The position numbers were made by a program, and so were the translations under genes. Of a stretch of DNA of 64,000 bases, positions 9,149 through 18,150 are shown piece by piece. The notes beneath the pieces are model-generated. The model was not told where the DNA came from. It saw only the letters and a list, made by a program, of their open reading frames with translations, and ran no database searches. The stretch is from Alphaproteobacteria bacterium (GTDB taxonomy: Bacteria > Pseudomonadota > Alphaproteobacteria > Rhizobiales > Xanthobacteraceae). The DNA lies in NCBI GenBank assembly GCA_037200445.1, contig JBBCGH010000001.1:4335162-4399161 (forward strand), in the 5' to 3' direction. The stretch's first letter is position 1. The number at the start of each line of letters is the position of its first letter.

Positions 9149-9945
9149 TCGAGCCCTCCCCCGGCATTGAGCGACCTGCGGATGCGCCGCACATAGACGC
9201 CGAACTTCTCGGTGGTCATCATCTCGAGCGTACGCGGGCGCGGCAGGTCCACGGCGAACAGATCGCCGATCTTGCCCGGCCGCGGCGTCATCACCATGAC
9301 GCGGTCGGCGAGGAACACCGCCTCGCTGGTCGAATGGGTGATGAACACCACCGTCTTGCGCCGCTCCATCCAGATGCGCTGCAGCTCGACGTTCATCTGC
9401 TCGCGCGTCATCGCGTCGAGCGCGCCGAACGGCTCGTCCATCAGGAGGAGCGCCGGGTCATGGATTAGCGCGCGCACCAGCGCCACGCGCTGCTGCATGC
9501 CGCCGGACAACTCCCACGGATAGCGGTGCTCGAAGCCGGTGAGCCCGACGAGGTTGAGCAGGTCGAGCGCGCGCTGCTTCATCTTCTCGCGGCCGAGCCC
9601 TTGCACATCGACCGGGAGCAGCACGTTGCCGAGCACGCTGCGCCAGGGAAACAGCACCGGCGACTGGAACACCACGCCGATGTCCTTGCGCGGCCCGTCG
9701 ATCGGCGTGCCGTTGAGCAGCGCCTCGCCGCTGGTGCGCGCCAGCAATCCGGCGAGAATCTTGAGCAAGGTCGATTTGCCGCAGCCGGAGGGGCCGACGA
9801 TCGACAGGAACTCGCCGTCCGCCACCGTGCAGTCGATATCGGTGAGCGCGACGACGCCGTCGGCGCGGCCATAGGTTTTCGACAGATGACGGATCGCGAT
9901 GACGTCGCGCGCCAATGGCGCGGTCTCGCGCGCGATTGCGTCCAA
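9145..9945 (-). CDS. ABC transporter ATP-binding protein
   Basis: Walker A GPSGCGKST, signature LSGGMQQRVALVRAL, Walker B LLLMDEPF. ATGA overlap with the permease gene. Confidence 0.9.
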   Translation of the reverse strand: MDAIARETAPLARDVIAIRHLSKTYGRADGVVALTDIDCTVADGEFLSIVGPSGCGKSTLLKILAGLLARTSGEALLNGTPIDGPRKDIGVVFQSPVLFPWRSVLGNVLLPVDVQGLGREKMKQRALDLLNLVGLTGFEHRYPWELSGGMQQRVALVRALIHDPALLLMDEPFGALDAMTREQMNVELQRIWMERRKTVVFITHSTSEAVFLADRVMVMTPRPGKIGDLFAVDLPRPRTLEMMTTEKFGVYVRRIRRSLNAGGGLE

Positions 9946-10046
9946 GCGCTCCCCTCTGGCGCCGTTCTCCCGGCGCGTTCTTGTCGCCCGGGCGGGAGGC
10001 TATGGCGCAGCGTGGCGGCTGGTCAATGGCTAGATCGCCGCGGCTG

Positions 10047-10627
10047 TCATGGCTTGGAAAGCTCGATATTCACAAGGCTCGCAAGAGATGTCATGCGATC
10101 TCGGAGAATTTCGGGGGCCGGGGGATTTCCCTCTGCGTTGGGCTGCGGCATGCGCTCGATCCGTGCCGCCATTTGTGTCAGAGAAAGCACGCCCGCCTTG
10201 AGGCCTTCGATGAGCCAGGCCCGATCCTTGTCGCGCCAGGCCGAGAGTTTGGCGAGCGCCAGATCGTTCTCTTCCGGAACCAAAGCAACGATTCCGGGGC
10301 ATTCTTCGCCCTGATATTCTATAGCGCGTTGCTCCAGTCGGTTGGCATCTTGGCGGTACCCGGAGACACCCCATCTCCGTAATAGCCAAACTGACTGTGA
10401 AATTGCGAGCCTTGGCCAATGTTTCCATCGATCAGCTCCGAGGCCAACCCCACATCGTCGGCATCGGGAGCGTAAATATCGATCTCCGGCGTATACATCA
10501 TGTTCAATGGAACATGCTTCGCCCGAGCTATGAGCGCAGCGGAACCAACCAATACGAATCGCTTGTTGCTTGTAACCTCTGCAGCAGCCCGCAGGATATG
10601 ATCGATGCTTTTTCTTCGCATGATCAT
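10047..10627 (-). pseudogene. Nucleotidyltransferase-fold protein (DUF6036-like), split by a 1-nt frameshift near 10320
   Basis: ORF 10319..10627 carries VLVGSAAL...EIDIYAPDADD (a GS...DxD NTase-like motif) and stops at WSNAL*. The next frame continues without a stop as IEYQGEECPGIVALVPEENDLALAKLSAWRDKDRAWLIEGL, which reads like the family C-terminus. Confidence 0.55.
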
Positions 10628-10636
10628 TCGAATGCC

Positions 10637-11002
10637 CTACGCTGCTACGGGTCCAGACCTCGCACGCCTGATCACTTGCTGTCTGATCTCAGGAGGAAGA
10701 ACAAGAAACACCGGCTGAGTGTCCCTCAGCAGGGAGCCGCGCGGTGAGTCCTCCAGCAGGTTTCGAACGATGTCGCTGGCATCCGCCCGCAGAAGCTCTT
10801 CCCAGATTGTAAAGTATTGCGATTGAGTCACATCTACACTCATATGGCGGCGGGCAAATGCGAGGCCGCTTTGCACAAGAGCTGGATCGTCGATAAGTCG
10901 CGCCGCCACAGCGCGGGTCATCTCGTAGTGACGCCGCTCATTGCGATCGTAAAATCGCGTTTTCCTGGGAAGTGTTTCGATAAATTGTTCGCCACGAGTC
11001 AA
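10637..11002 (-). CDS. Hypothetical protein, upstream partner of the NTase-fold gene
   Basis: TTG start preceded by GGAGG at about 9 nt. 121 aa. A 9-nt gap to the downstream gene suggests an operon. Contains RNERRH (an Rx4H pattern) near the N-terminus. No family recognised. Confidence 0.5.
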   Translation of the reverse strand: MTRGEQFIETLPRKTRFYDRNERRHYEMTRAVAARLIDDPALVQSGLAFARRHMSVDVTQSQYFTIWEELLRADASDIVRNLLEDSPRGSLLRDTQPVFLVLPPEIRQQVIRRARSGPVAA

Positions 11003-11057
11003 ATGCCAGCCTCCGACAGCATCGCAATGATCATAGATCGAGATGCTGAATCTGTCA

Positions 11058-12629
11058 TCACCACTGCGCCACCGCTGCCGACCAGGGCGAGATTGCGTCG
11101 CTGATGCCGGTGCGCAGGCCGTCGGCCTGCAGGATCAGGTTGGGGCAGGCGAAATTGACCGGCAGCACCGCGTGCTCGACGACCTGCAACGGCCCCTCGG
11201 CCTCGAGCGCGCGCATCACCTCGGGCGCGAGCCGCCGGTCCGCGGTGACAAGATCGGGACCGGAGACATCGATGCGCGGCTGATGGGCGGCGGCTTCCGG
11301 ACTCATCCCGAACTCCGCGACGAACCACAGCATCTGCAGCACCGCCGCCATGATGCGCCGTCCGCCGGAAGCGCCCGCCGCAATCAACGGGCGCGCGCCG
11401 TCGCGCAGGATCACCGGGAACATGTTGGTGAGCGGGCGCTTGCCTGGGCCGATGGAGTTCGGCTGGCCGGGCTGCGGATCGAACCACATCACCCCGTTGT
11501 TCATGAGGATGCCGGTTGCCGGCAGCACGGTGCGGCTTCCCATCGAGGAGAGCAGCGTCGTGGTCATCGCCACCATCGTGCCGTCCGCATCCGCGACCGT
11601 GATGTGCGTGGTGCAGCTTTCGGCCGCCTGCGGCTCGGCGTCCCCCAGCGAGGTGAGCCGCTGCGCGTATGCTGCCTTCAGCGCGCGCGCGAGCGCCGCA
11701 TACCACGCGGCGTCGGGCGTCGCGCCGACACGCACATCCCCCATCCGGCGCAGCACGTCGGCGGCGGTCGGCGCCGCAGTGAGCGGACCGGAGAGTTGCA
11801 GGGTACGCCCGCGCCAGGCGACTTCGGTTGCGGGCGAGACACGCGCCTTGCAGTTGCGCAAATCCTCGGCAGACAGCACGCCACCCAAGGCTTTCACGTC
11901 GGCGACGATCGCCTTCGCGATCTCGCCCTCATAGAAATCGCGCCAGCCGGCCCTCGCGAGTTGCTCCAGCGTGTCGGGCAACCTGCCGAGCCGGAAATAT
12001 TTGAGCCCGCCCTGGTAAGGCGGCATCGGCGGAAGCCCGTCGCGCAGATAGATGCGCGCGCTCTCGGCATACTTCCTCAGGATCGGCGCCGAGACGCCGA
12101 CCTTGAGCGAGGTGAACCAGTCCTCCGGCAGGCCGCGCCTGGCGAGCGCGATCGCGGGCGCGGCGATCTCGGCGAGCGGCAGCTTGCCCCAGCGCTGGTG
12201 AATCTCCGCGTAGCCGGCAGGCGCGGACGGGATCACGAACGAGAGCGGCCCGTGGATGTTGACGTCGCCTTCGACCTCCGGCCAGCCGAACAGATCGGCG
12301 GCGGTCTTGCCGGTCAGCTTGAACAAATTCGGATTGAGCGCGGCCGGCGCAGTCGGGCCGAAGTCGACGGTTTCGGCGCGCGCCTCGCCGGCGCGGTGGA
12401 TCACCGCATGGCCGATGCCGCCAAGCCCCGAATTCCATGGCTCGACGGCCGGAAGCGCGAGCGCCGCCGCGACCGCCGCATCGATCGCATTGCCGCCGGC
12501 ATCGAGCACGGCGACGCCGGCCTCGGCGGCGCTCTTGGCCTGCGAGACCACCATGCCACGCCGGCCCGAGGCCGACGGCTTGGTGAGCTGCCAGTGCTGG
12601 GTGATGTGGGGCGCGGGCGTGAACTGCAT
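11058..12629 (-). CDS. ggt: Gamma-glutamyltransferase
   Basis: Start at MQFTPAP (rc of 12627-12629). Autoprocessing-site context TTHITVADADGTMVAMTTT and GGIGHAVI segments typical of GGT. Confidence 0.9.
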   Translation of the reverse strand: MQFTPAPHITQHWQLTKPSASGRRGMVVSQAKSAAEAGVAVLDAGGNAIDAAVAAALALPAVEPWNSGLGGIGHAVIHRAGEARAETVDFGPTAPAALNPNLFKLTGKTAADLFGWPEVEGDVNIHGPLSFVIPSAPAGYAEIHQRWGKLPLAEIAAPAIALARRGLPEDWFTSLKVGVSAPILRKYAESARIYLRDGLPPMPPYQGGLKYFRLGRLPDTLEQLARAGWRDFYEGEIAKAIVADVKALGGVLSAEDLRNCKARVSPATEVAWRGRTLQLSGPLTAAPTAADVLRRMGDVRVGATPDAAWYAALARALKAAYAQRLTSLGDAEPQAAESCTTHITVADADGTMVAMTTTLLSSMGSRTVLPATGILMNNGVMWFDPQPGQPNSIGPGKRPLTNMFPVILRDGARPLIAAGASGGRRIMAAVLQMLWFVAEFGMSPEAAAHQPRIDVSGPDLVTADRRLAPEVMRALEAEGPLQVVEHAVLPVNFACPNLILQADGLRTGISDAISPWSAAVAQW

Positions 12630-12706
12630 GGCGAATGATATCCATGCGCGCCCTGCCCGCACTACCCCCTATCCAGCATGCCCGCCAAGCCGCTAAACCG
12701 CCCCCC

Positions 12707-13132
12707 ATGGACGCGAAGACAGAGCCTTTCGACCCCGCTGCGCAGGGCTGGGAGGTCTATCCGGGCGAAGGCTTCATTGGCCTCGTCGGGCCCTTTTGGA
12801 TGAAGCAGGACGGCGAAAGCTACCGCTACGGCTTTCTCGCCGAGAAGAAGCACCACAACCGGCGCGGCGTCGTGCAGGGCGGCATGATCATGACCTTCGC
12901 GGACCGCTCGCTCGGCATGACCGCCTGGTATGCGAACGAGAAGCAGCCGCAGGCGACCGTTCACCTCGACGTGCACTTCGTCGATGCGGTGCAGATCGGC
13001 GAGTTCGTCGAGGCCAAATGCCGCGTCGTGCGCCGCACGCGCTCGCTCCTCTTCATGAGTGGCGAGATCACCGTCGACGACCGCGTGGTCGCCACCGCGA
13101 ACGGCGTGTGGAAGACGCTCGGCAAGAACTGA
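12707..13132 (+). CDS. PaaI-family (hotdog fold) thioesterase
   Basis: Start at MDAKTEP (ATG 12707). HNRRGVVQGGMIMTFADRSLG is the typical PaaI/4HBT motif region. Confidence 0.8.
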   Translation: MDAKTEPFDPAAQGWEVYPGEGFIGLVGPFWMKQDGESYRYGFLAEKKHHNRRGVVQGGMIMTFADRSLGMTAWYANEKQPQATVHLDVHFVDAVQIGEFVEAKCRVVRRTRSLLFMSGEITVDDRVVATANGVWKTLGKN

Positions 13133-13138
13133 GCGCGA

Positions 13139-13441
13139 TCACCGCCACAGCCAGCCCGCGCTCGTGACCGCAACCCTGCGGCAGGCGACGAGACACGTGA
13201 TCGCGAAGCAGCACACGGTGTTGAGCGCAAACACCGACGCGACGACGAGATCGCTCGACACGGTCAGCGAATAACTCACGGTCGCAAGATTGGCGGCCGT
13301 GAACATCGCCCAGGTCAACAGCGAGACCGCCTCTGCGCCGTTGCGGTCGCGATAGACGCACATGATCTGCGGCATGTAGGCGACGATCCGGCCGCCGTTG
13401 AGCAGCGCGAACGCGGTCATCGAAAAATCGGCGAGCGTCAT
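13139..13441 (-). CDS. Small 3-TM membrane protein with a PQ motif (SemiSWEET/PQ-loop-like)
   Basis: 100 aa with three hydrophobic segments. AYMPQIMCVYRDRN resembles the PQ-loop motif after TM1. Assignment is tentative. Confidence 0.45.
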   Translation of the reverse strand: MTLADFSMTAFALLNGGRIVAYMPQIMCVYRDRNGAEAVSLLTWAMFTAANLATVSYSLTVSSDLVVASVFALNTVCCFAITCLVACRRVAVTSAGWLWR

Positions 13442-13742
13442 GATCCGTTCCTTTTGAAAGTAGCCTGCACTGAAATACCGTTGACGATCACGGCATCGCG
13501 AAATGTGCGCACCGAGGACCGCTCATCTACCGGAAGGCTCGCGGGCGCGCGCGGACTGCAGCGACAGCAGGCTGGACAGGAGCGAACTCGCGCGAGGAAA
13601 ATTCTTCAAAGTCCGTTTGAACCCGCGGATCGCCCACAGCGACTAAGGCACATCGAGAATTCTTTTCTTTGAAGCGTCGATCGGCGGCCCATTACGGCCC
13701 GTCCCACTCCGGTACCGGCGCAAGCGCGTATCAAGAGGTTTC

Positions 13743-14720
13743 TTGCTCATGAGCGCTGTGATTCATTTCTCGACCGACGACATTGCTCCGCGGGATCGCC
13801 TCGCGGTCTGGTGCGAGGCTCTGTTTCAGAGCGAATTCAACGTCGACATCGCGCCGACCTCATCGGCCCCCTTCCGCGCGCGGGCGCGGGTCCGCACGCT
13901 GCCCGGCTTGCGCGTCCTGTCCGGCGCAAGCTCGCCTGCCACTTATCAGCGCAATACCAAGCGAGTCGTGCGCGATGAAGTGGTCCTGACGTTCGGCAGG
14001 GAGGCCAATGTCGCGATGCCGCTACACGACCGCGACGCGCAGATCGAGACCGGCGACGCGTTCCTCCTGCCATGCGGCGACTGCGCCAGCATCCATGTCC
14101 CGCGCGAGGCGCAGTTCTGGAGTGTGCGCCTGCCACGCGCGGCGCTCGCCAGCAATGTCATCGACCTTCATGACACTTATTGCCGCCGCATTCCGCGCGA
14201 CACGCCGGCGCTCGTGCTGCTGAAGCGATATCTCGCGCTGCTCGACGACGAGGCGAGTGCGCTTGCCGATCCGAGCCTGCAGCATTCAGCCGTGACCCAT
14301 GTCTACGACCTGCTGGCAAAGACACTCGGTGCGACGCGCGATGCCGCGATGGTGGCGGACGCACGCGGTGTCCGCGCCGCGCGGCTGAAGATGATCAAGG
14401 ACGATATCGCGCGGCATCTCACCGATGCGCGCCTCTCGGTCCACGCCGTTGCGGTGCGCCACGACGTGTCGGCGCGCTACGTGCAGCGGCTGTTCGACGG
14501 CAGCGGCTCGACGTTTACCGAGTACGTGATGGCGCAACGCCTCGAACGCGCGCACCGTCTGCTGAGCGATCCGCAGCTCGGCGACCGCACGCTCACCGCG
14601 ATCGCCTTCGCGGCCGGATTCAACGACCTGTCGCACTTTCAGCGGCGTTTCCGCCGCCGCTACGGCGCGACGCCGTCGGATGTGAGGGCCGCTACGCGAA
14701 CAGAAAGTCCTTCGCGGTGA
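13743..14720 (+). CDS. AraC-family transcriptional regulator
   Basis: C-terminal double HTH (VHAVAVRHDVSARYVQRLF ... IAFAAGFNDLSHFQRRFRRRYGATPSDVR). Confidence 0.85.
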   Translation: MLMSAVIHFSTDDIAPRDRLAVWCEALFQSEFNVDIAPTSSAPFRARARVRTLPGLRVLSGASSPATYQRNTKRVVRDEVVLTFGREANVAMPLHDRDAQIETGDAFLLPCGDCASIHVPREAQFWSVRLPRAALASNVIDLHDTYCRRIPRDTPALVLLKRYLALLDDEASALADPSLQHSAVTHVYDLLAKTLGATRDAAMVADARGVRAARLKMIKDDIARHLTDARLSVHAVAVRHDVSARYVQRLFDGSGSTFTEYVMAQRLERAHRLLSDPQLGDRTLTAIAFAAGFNDLSHFQRRFRRRYGATPSDVRAATRTESPSR

Positions 14721-16032
14721 GCTGATGCTGCGCGTCGAGCAGCCAGCTGGTCATCGCATTGGTCGCATCGTCGTGCCACATCACGTCGCTCACCCCGTTG
14801 TGGTCGAAGTCGCCGATCGCGGCGACGCTCGATCCCGCCGGATGTGACCCGAGATCGACGCTTGCGGCCCAATGGCCGCCTGCGATTTCCCAGGCCTCGG
14901 CCGTGCTGCTCCCGGCGTTATCCCACAGGATGTCGCTCGTCCCGTCCCCATTGAAGTCGCCGATGCCGGCCGGGCGCGAGCCGGCCGGATGCGCGCCAAC
15001 GTCGGTACTTGCCGACCAATGGCCGTTCTGCAGCATCCAGATGTCGATATTGTTCGTTGCCGGATTGAACCATGCGATGTCGCTTGTCCCATCGCCGTTG
15101 AAGTCGCCGGCGCCTAGCGGCTGCCAGCCGGCCGGATGCGAGCCGACATTGCTGCTGGCGGACCAGTGGCCATCCGCGAGCGCCCAGATGTCGATGTTGC
15201 CGGTGGCGGCGTTGTACCACGCGATATCGCTTGTGCCGTCGCCATTGAAATCGCCGCTCGCGACAGGCAGCCAGCCGGCCGGGTGCGAGCCGACGTCGAT
15301 GCTGCCCGCCCACTGGCCGTCGGCGAGTTTCCAGAGGTCGATCGCGCCGCTCGCCGGATTGTACCAGGCGATGTCGCTCGTTCCGTCGCCGGTGAAGTCG
15401 CCGGTCCCTGCAAGCTGCCAGCCGCCAGGATGCGAGCCCACGTTGACGCTCGCGGACCAATGGCCGTTGTCGAGCTTCCAGAGGTCGAGGTTGCCGTTCG
15501 CCGCGTTGTACCAGGCGAGATCGCTGGTGCCGTCCGCGTTGAAGTCGCCCGCGTCCGCGGGGAGCCAGCCGGCCGGGTGCGACCCAACAGTAACGCTTGC
15601 GGCATGCGTGATCGGCGACGGGTCGACGTTGACATGCGCGATCACGATGCCTGCCGCGCCGCCGTCGGCATCCCAAAGGATGTCTCCGCTGTGCGCGTCG
15701 TAGACGATCGCCGGCCCCGCGCCTTTCGCGGCCCCGAGCGCAAAGGCGACGCCAGCCGCCGCAAGCGAGCCGCTGCCGGTGCCAAAGCCCTCATGATCGA
15801 GCACGATCCGATCTTCACCGGGGGTGAAGTCCGCCAGCAGATCGGAGCCATCGCCCGGGCCATCGATGAAGAACTGATCGTGGCCAGCGCCGCCGGAAAG
15901 CGTGTCGTGTCCCGGACCGCCGTGCAGTTGATCGTCACCCGCGCCCCCCCGACAGCATGTCGTCGCCGCGGCCGCCATAGAGGGTGTTGTCGGCCGCGTT
16001 CCCCACAATGGTGTCGTTGCCGTCACCGCCAT
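14692..16032 (-). CDS. C-terminal fragment of a large exoprotein: RTX nonapeptide repeats plus six FG-GAP/VCBS-like repeats
   Basis: GGAGDDQLHGGPGHDTLSGGAGHDQF is followed by six 49-aa units (GSHPAGW..GDFNGDGTSDIAWYN...W.L..GHWSAS..V). Ends ...TAKDFLFA. Continuous with ORF 15935..17791 if one G is removed from the G7 run. Confidence 0.75.
   Translation of the reverse strand: MAVTATTPLWGTRPTTPSMAAAATTCCRGGAGDDQLHGGPGHDTLSGGAGHDQFFIDGPGDGSDLLADFTPGEDRIVLDHEGFGTGSGSLAAAGVAFALGAAKGAGPAIVYDAHSGDILWDADGGAAGIVIAHVNVDPSPITHAASVTVGSHPAGWLPADAGDFNADGTSDLAWYNAANGNLDLWKLDNGHWSASVNVGSHPGGWQLAGTGDFTGDGTSDIAWYNPASGAIDLWKLADGQWAGSIDVGSHPAGWLPVASGDFNGDGTSDIAWYNAATGNIDIWALADGHWSASSNVGSHPAGWQPLGAGDFNGDGTSDIAWFNPATNNIDIWMLQNGHWSASTDVGAHPAGSRPAGIGDFNGDGTSDILWDNAGSSTAEAWEIAGGHWAASVDLGSHPAGSSVAAIGDFDHNGVSDVMWHDDATNAMTSWLLDAQHQLTAKDFLFA
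14695..15585 (-). repeat. Six tandem 147-nt coding repeats (FG-GAP-like propeller blades)
   Basis: Repeat units are visible both in the protein (49 aa each, starting at residue 150 of the 446-aa ORF) and as recurring DNA strings such as gatgtcgcttgt(c/g)cc(a/g)tcgcc(g/a)ttgaagtcgcc. Confidence 0.8.
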
Positions 16033-17755
16033 AGGCGTTCTCGATCACGGTGCCGGCAGCAATCATCACGCTGCGGCCGTCGATCATCGAGGTTGCGCCG
16101 GGCGTCAGATCGATCGAGAGCGCGCCGGTGACGGCCGCAGCGTTGATCGTGTCGTTGCCGCTCGCGTCGGAGAGCGTCGACCGGTCGCCCGAGAGCGCGG
16201 CGAAGTCGTTGGTGTAGTAGTAGGTCGAATCGTCGGTCTGATAGTCGCCGTGGACCTGCAGCGTCCATGACGCGACCGAGCCTCCGGTCTTGCCGGTATC
16301 TTCGACGACAAGCTTCCACGTACCGGCAGGCGACTCGCCCCAGGCATGGTCGGTCGAGAAGGTGAAACTGAGGTCGCCGGTCGCGTTGGTGCCACCGGCC
16401 GGATGATCGAGCAGCACGCTGTCGGTCCCATCCGGGCTGATCAGGTGGATCTTCAGATCGCCGAGCTCGGTGTGGACGAGCGAAAGATTGACCTCGACCC
16501 ATTCCACCGAGAAATTCTGAAAGTCGGACGACACGGTTGCGGTGTAGCCGCCGGGCGCGAAGCCGGACGGCGCCGCAACGGTTGCGCCTGTCACCTCGAA
16601 CGAGGCTTCGTTCGCCGCGGTGTGCACGCCGCTCCAGGTTTCGGCGAGGCGCACGGCCGCATGCGCATCGACAAGACCGAAACCGAAATCGTGGCTGACC
16701 ATGTGTCCGCCGCCGTTCCAGTCGGTCGCGCCGTTGACGCTCCAGCTTGCCGACGCCGGATCGATCTGGTGCGCCGAGAGCGCCAGGATCTCCTGCACGT
16801 CGCGATAGCCGAGGCCGGGATTGGCCTCGAGCATCATCGCGATCACACCCGAGACGATCGGCGCTGCGAACGACGTTCCGTTGACGAAGATGAAGTCGTT
16901 GCTGCGGTCGCCATCGCCATTGTCGGGGCTGGTGGTCAGGATCGAGTCGCCCGGCGCCGTCACCAGGATCGAAGCCCCCGGCGTGCTGAAGGGCGCAATG
17001 TGGCCGTCCTGCGTCGAGGCGGCGACGGTGATCTCGAAGCGGCTGTTGGTCAGATTGTGGGCGTTGGTGTTGTCGCCATCGAGCGTGCTCGAACCAGCGA
17101 CGTATTGCCGGTCGTTGCCCGCGGCGAACACATAGACGGTGCCGAGACCGTCGCGGCCCTGCGTGACGCCGAGATGGAGCGCGTCCGCGATGGGCGTCCA
17201 ACTCGCGTTCTGGAAGTTGTCGGAGAACGCCGTCGCGTAGCCCCAGCTGTTGTTGGAGACGTCTACGCTCACCTGATGCGCGAGCAGGTCGGCGATTTCG
17301 GCGCGCGACGAGCCGCCCGTTCCGAAGCGCGCGTAGAAGCCGGCCAGCGTCGCGCCCGATGCGACGCCGACCGTGCCGTAGCCGTTGTTGCCCGCGGCCC
17401 CCACGACTCCCGCAACCCAGGTGCCGTGCGTCGCCGAGGGCGAGTCCGGCGTGATCACGCTATGCGCAGGGTCGCGCGGATCGTAACTCAGGTTGAGATC
17501 GAAGCGTCCCGCGAGGTCGGGATTGGTGATGTCGAAGCCTTCGTCGACGAGACCGATGACGACACCATGTCCGGTGTATTCGGTCGAAACCGCTTCAATG
17601 TTCGCGCCGGCCGCGTTCGATCCCGCCGAGCGGCCGTCGAGATACCATTCGAGCGACCGCAGCGGATTGGAATTGGCTGAGGGCGTGTCTCCCGCCGCAG
17701 CCGCCTCAGGCGCAATCTCGCCCGCATCGCCATCGATACCGATCTTGTCGATCAT
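15935..17755 (-). CDS. N-terminal fragment of the exoprotein: S8 subtilase, proprotein-convertase P-domain, first RTX repeats
   Basis: Start chosen at MIDKIGIDGD (rc of 17753-17755). Catalytic-triad contexts VIGLVDEG, HGTWVAG and GTSFAAP. P-domain-like VEWVEVNLSLVHTELGDLKIHLISPDGT. Ends GGDGNDTIVGNAADNTLYGGRGDDMLSGGRG*. No N-terminal signal peptide. Confidence 0.8.
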   Translation of the reverse strand: MIDKIGIDGDAGEIAPEAAAAGDTPSANSNPLRSLEWYLDGRSAGSNAAGANIEAVSTEYTGHGVVIGLVDEGFDITNPDLAGRFDLNLSYDPRDPAHSVITPDSPSATHGTWVAGVVGAAGNNGYGTVGVASGATLAGFYARFGTGGSSRAEIADLLAHQVSVDVSNNSWGYATAFSDNFQNASWTPIADALHLGVTQGRDGLGTVYVFAAGNDRQYVAGSSTLDGDNTNAHNLTNSRFEITVAASTQDGHIAPFSTPGASILVTAPGDSILTTSPDNGDGDRSNDFIFVNGTSFAAPIVSGVIAMMLEANPGLGYRDVQEILALSAHQIDPASASWSVNGATDWNGGGHMVSHDFGFGLVDAHAAVRLAETWSGVHTAANEASFEVTGATVAAPSGFAPGGYTATVSSDFQNFSVEWVEVNLSLVHTELGDLKIHLISPDGTDSVLLDHPAGGTNATGDLSFTFSTDHAWGESPAGTWKLVVEDTGKTGGSVASWTLQVHGDYQTDDSTYYYTNDFAALSGDRSTLSDASGNDTINAAAVTGALSIDLTPGATSMIDGRSVMIAAGTVIENAYGGDGNDTIVGNAADNTLYGGRGDDMLSGGRG

Positions 17756-18150
17756 CTTCGCCCCCAGTCCCCATGACTGGAAGCATCGCAAAGATGATCT
17801 AAGATGAAGGTGAGATTAGAATCGAAATTCTACTGAACACGGCAAGCGGGTATTTACGAAGACTCTTTACGCTTTCGGCGACCTGAAACGTTTTGTTTGC
17901 CGTGATTTTTCAGCCCGCGACGCCGACCTACCTGGCGGAAATCCAATCAATCCGGACACTTTTGAAGTGCGGCCGTACGGACAGTCTTAAGCGAGAGCCA
18001 CAAGAGCAGCGCTTCCCGTATACTATTAATACTTAGAGAATCGCACGGTTGCGGGACTCCTGTCTCCACAACTCACCACTCGCATTTGTTGCATCGGCGC
18101 CGCGCGCGCCGTGCGTACTTTACGTTTTTCGAACGGACGCGCGAGAGCGT

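Noticed and set aside
11043-12638. 531-aa plus-strand ORF overlapping ggt, and similar long antisense ORFs over rpoD (37502..39475), trxB/LysR (52694..54409), dnaG (40484..41629) and carB (48937..50514)
   Set aside because: In each case the opposite strand encodes an unmistakable housekeeping protein, and the antisense translation is low-complexity (R/A/G/D/H).
14695-15585. Regularly spaced DNA repeats that could be mistaken for a CRISPR array or VNTR
   Set aside because: The units are 147 nt with no unique spacers. They are in frame and encode FG-GAP-like blades of a single protein.
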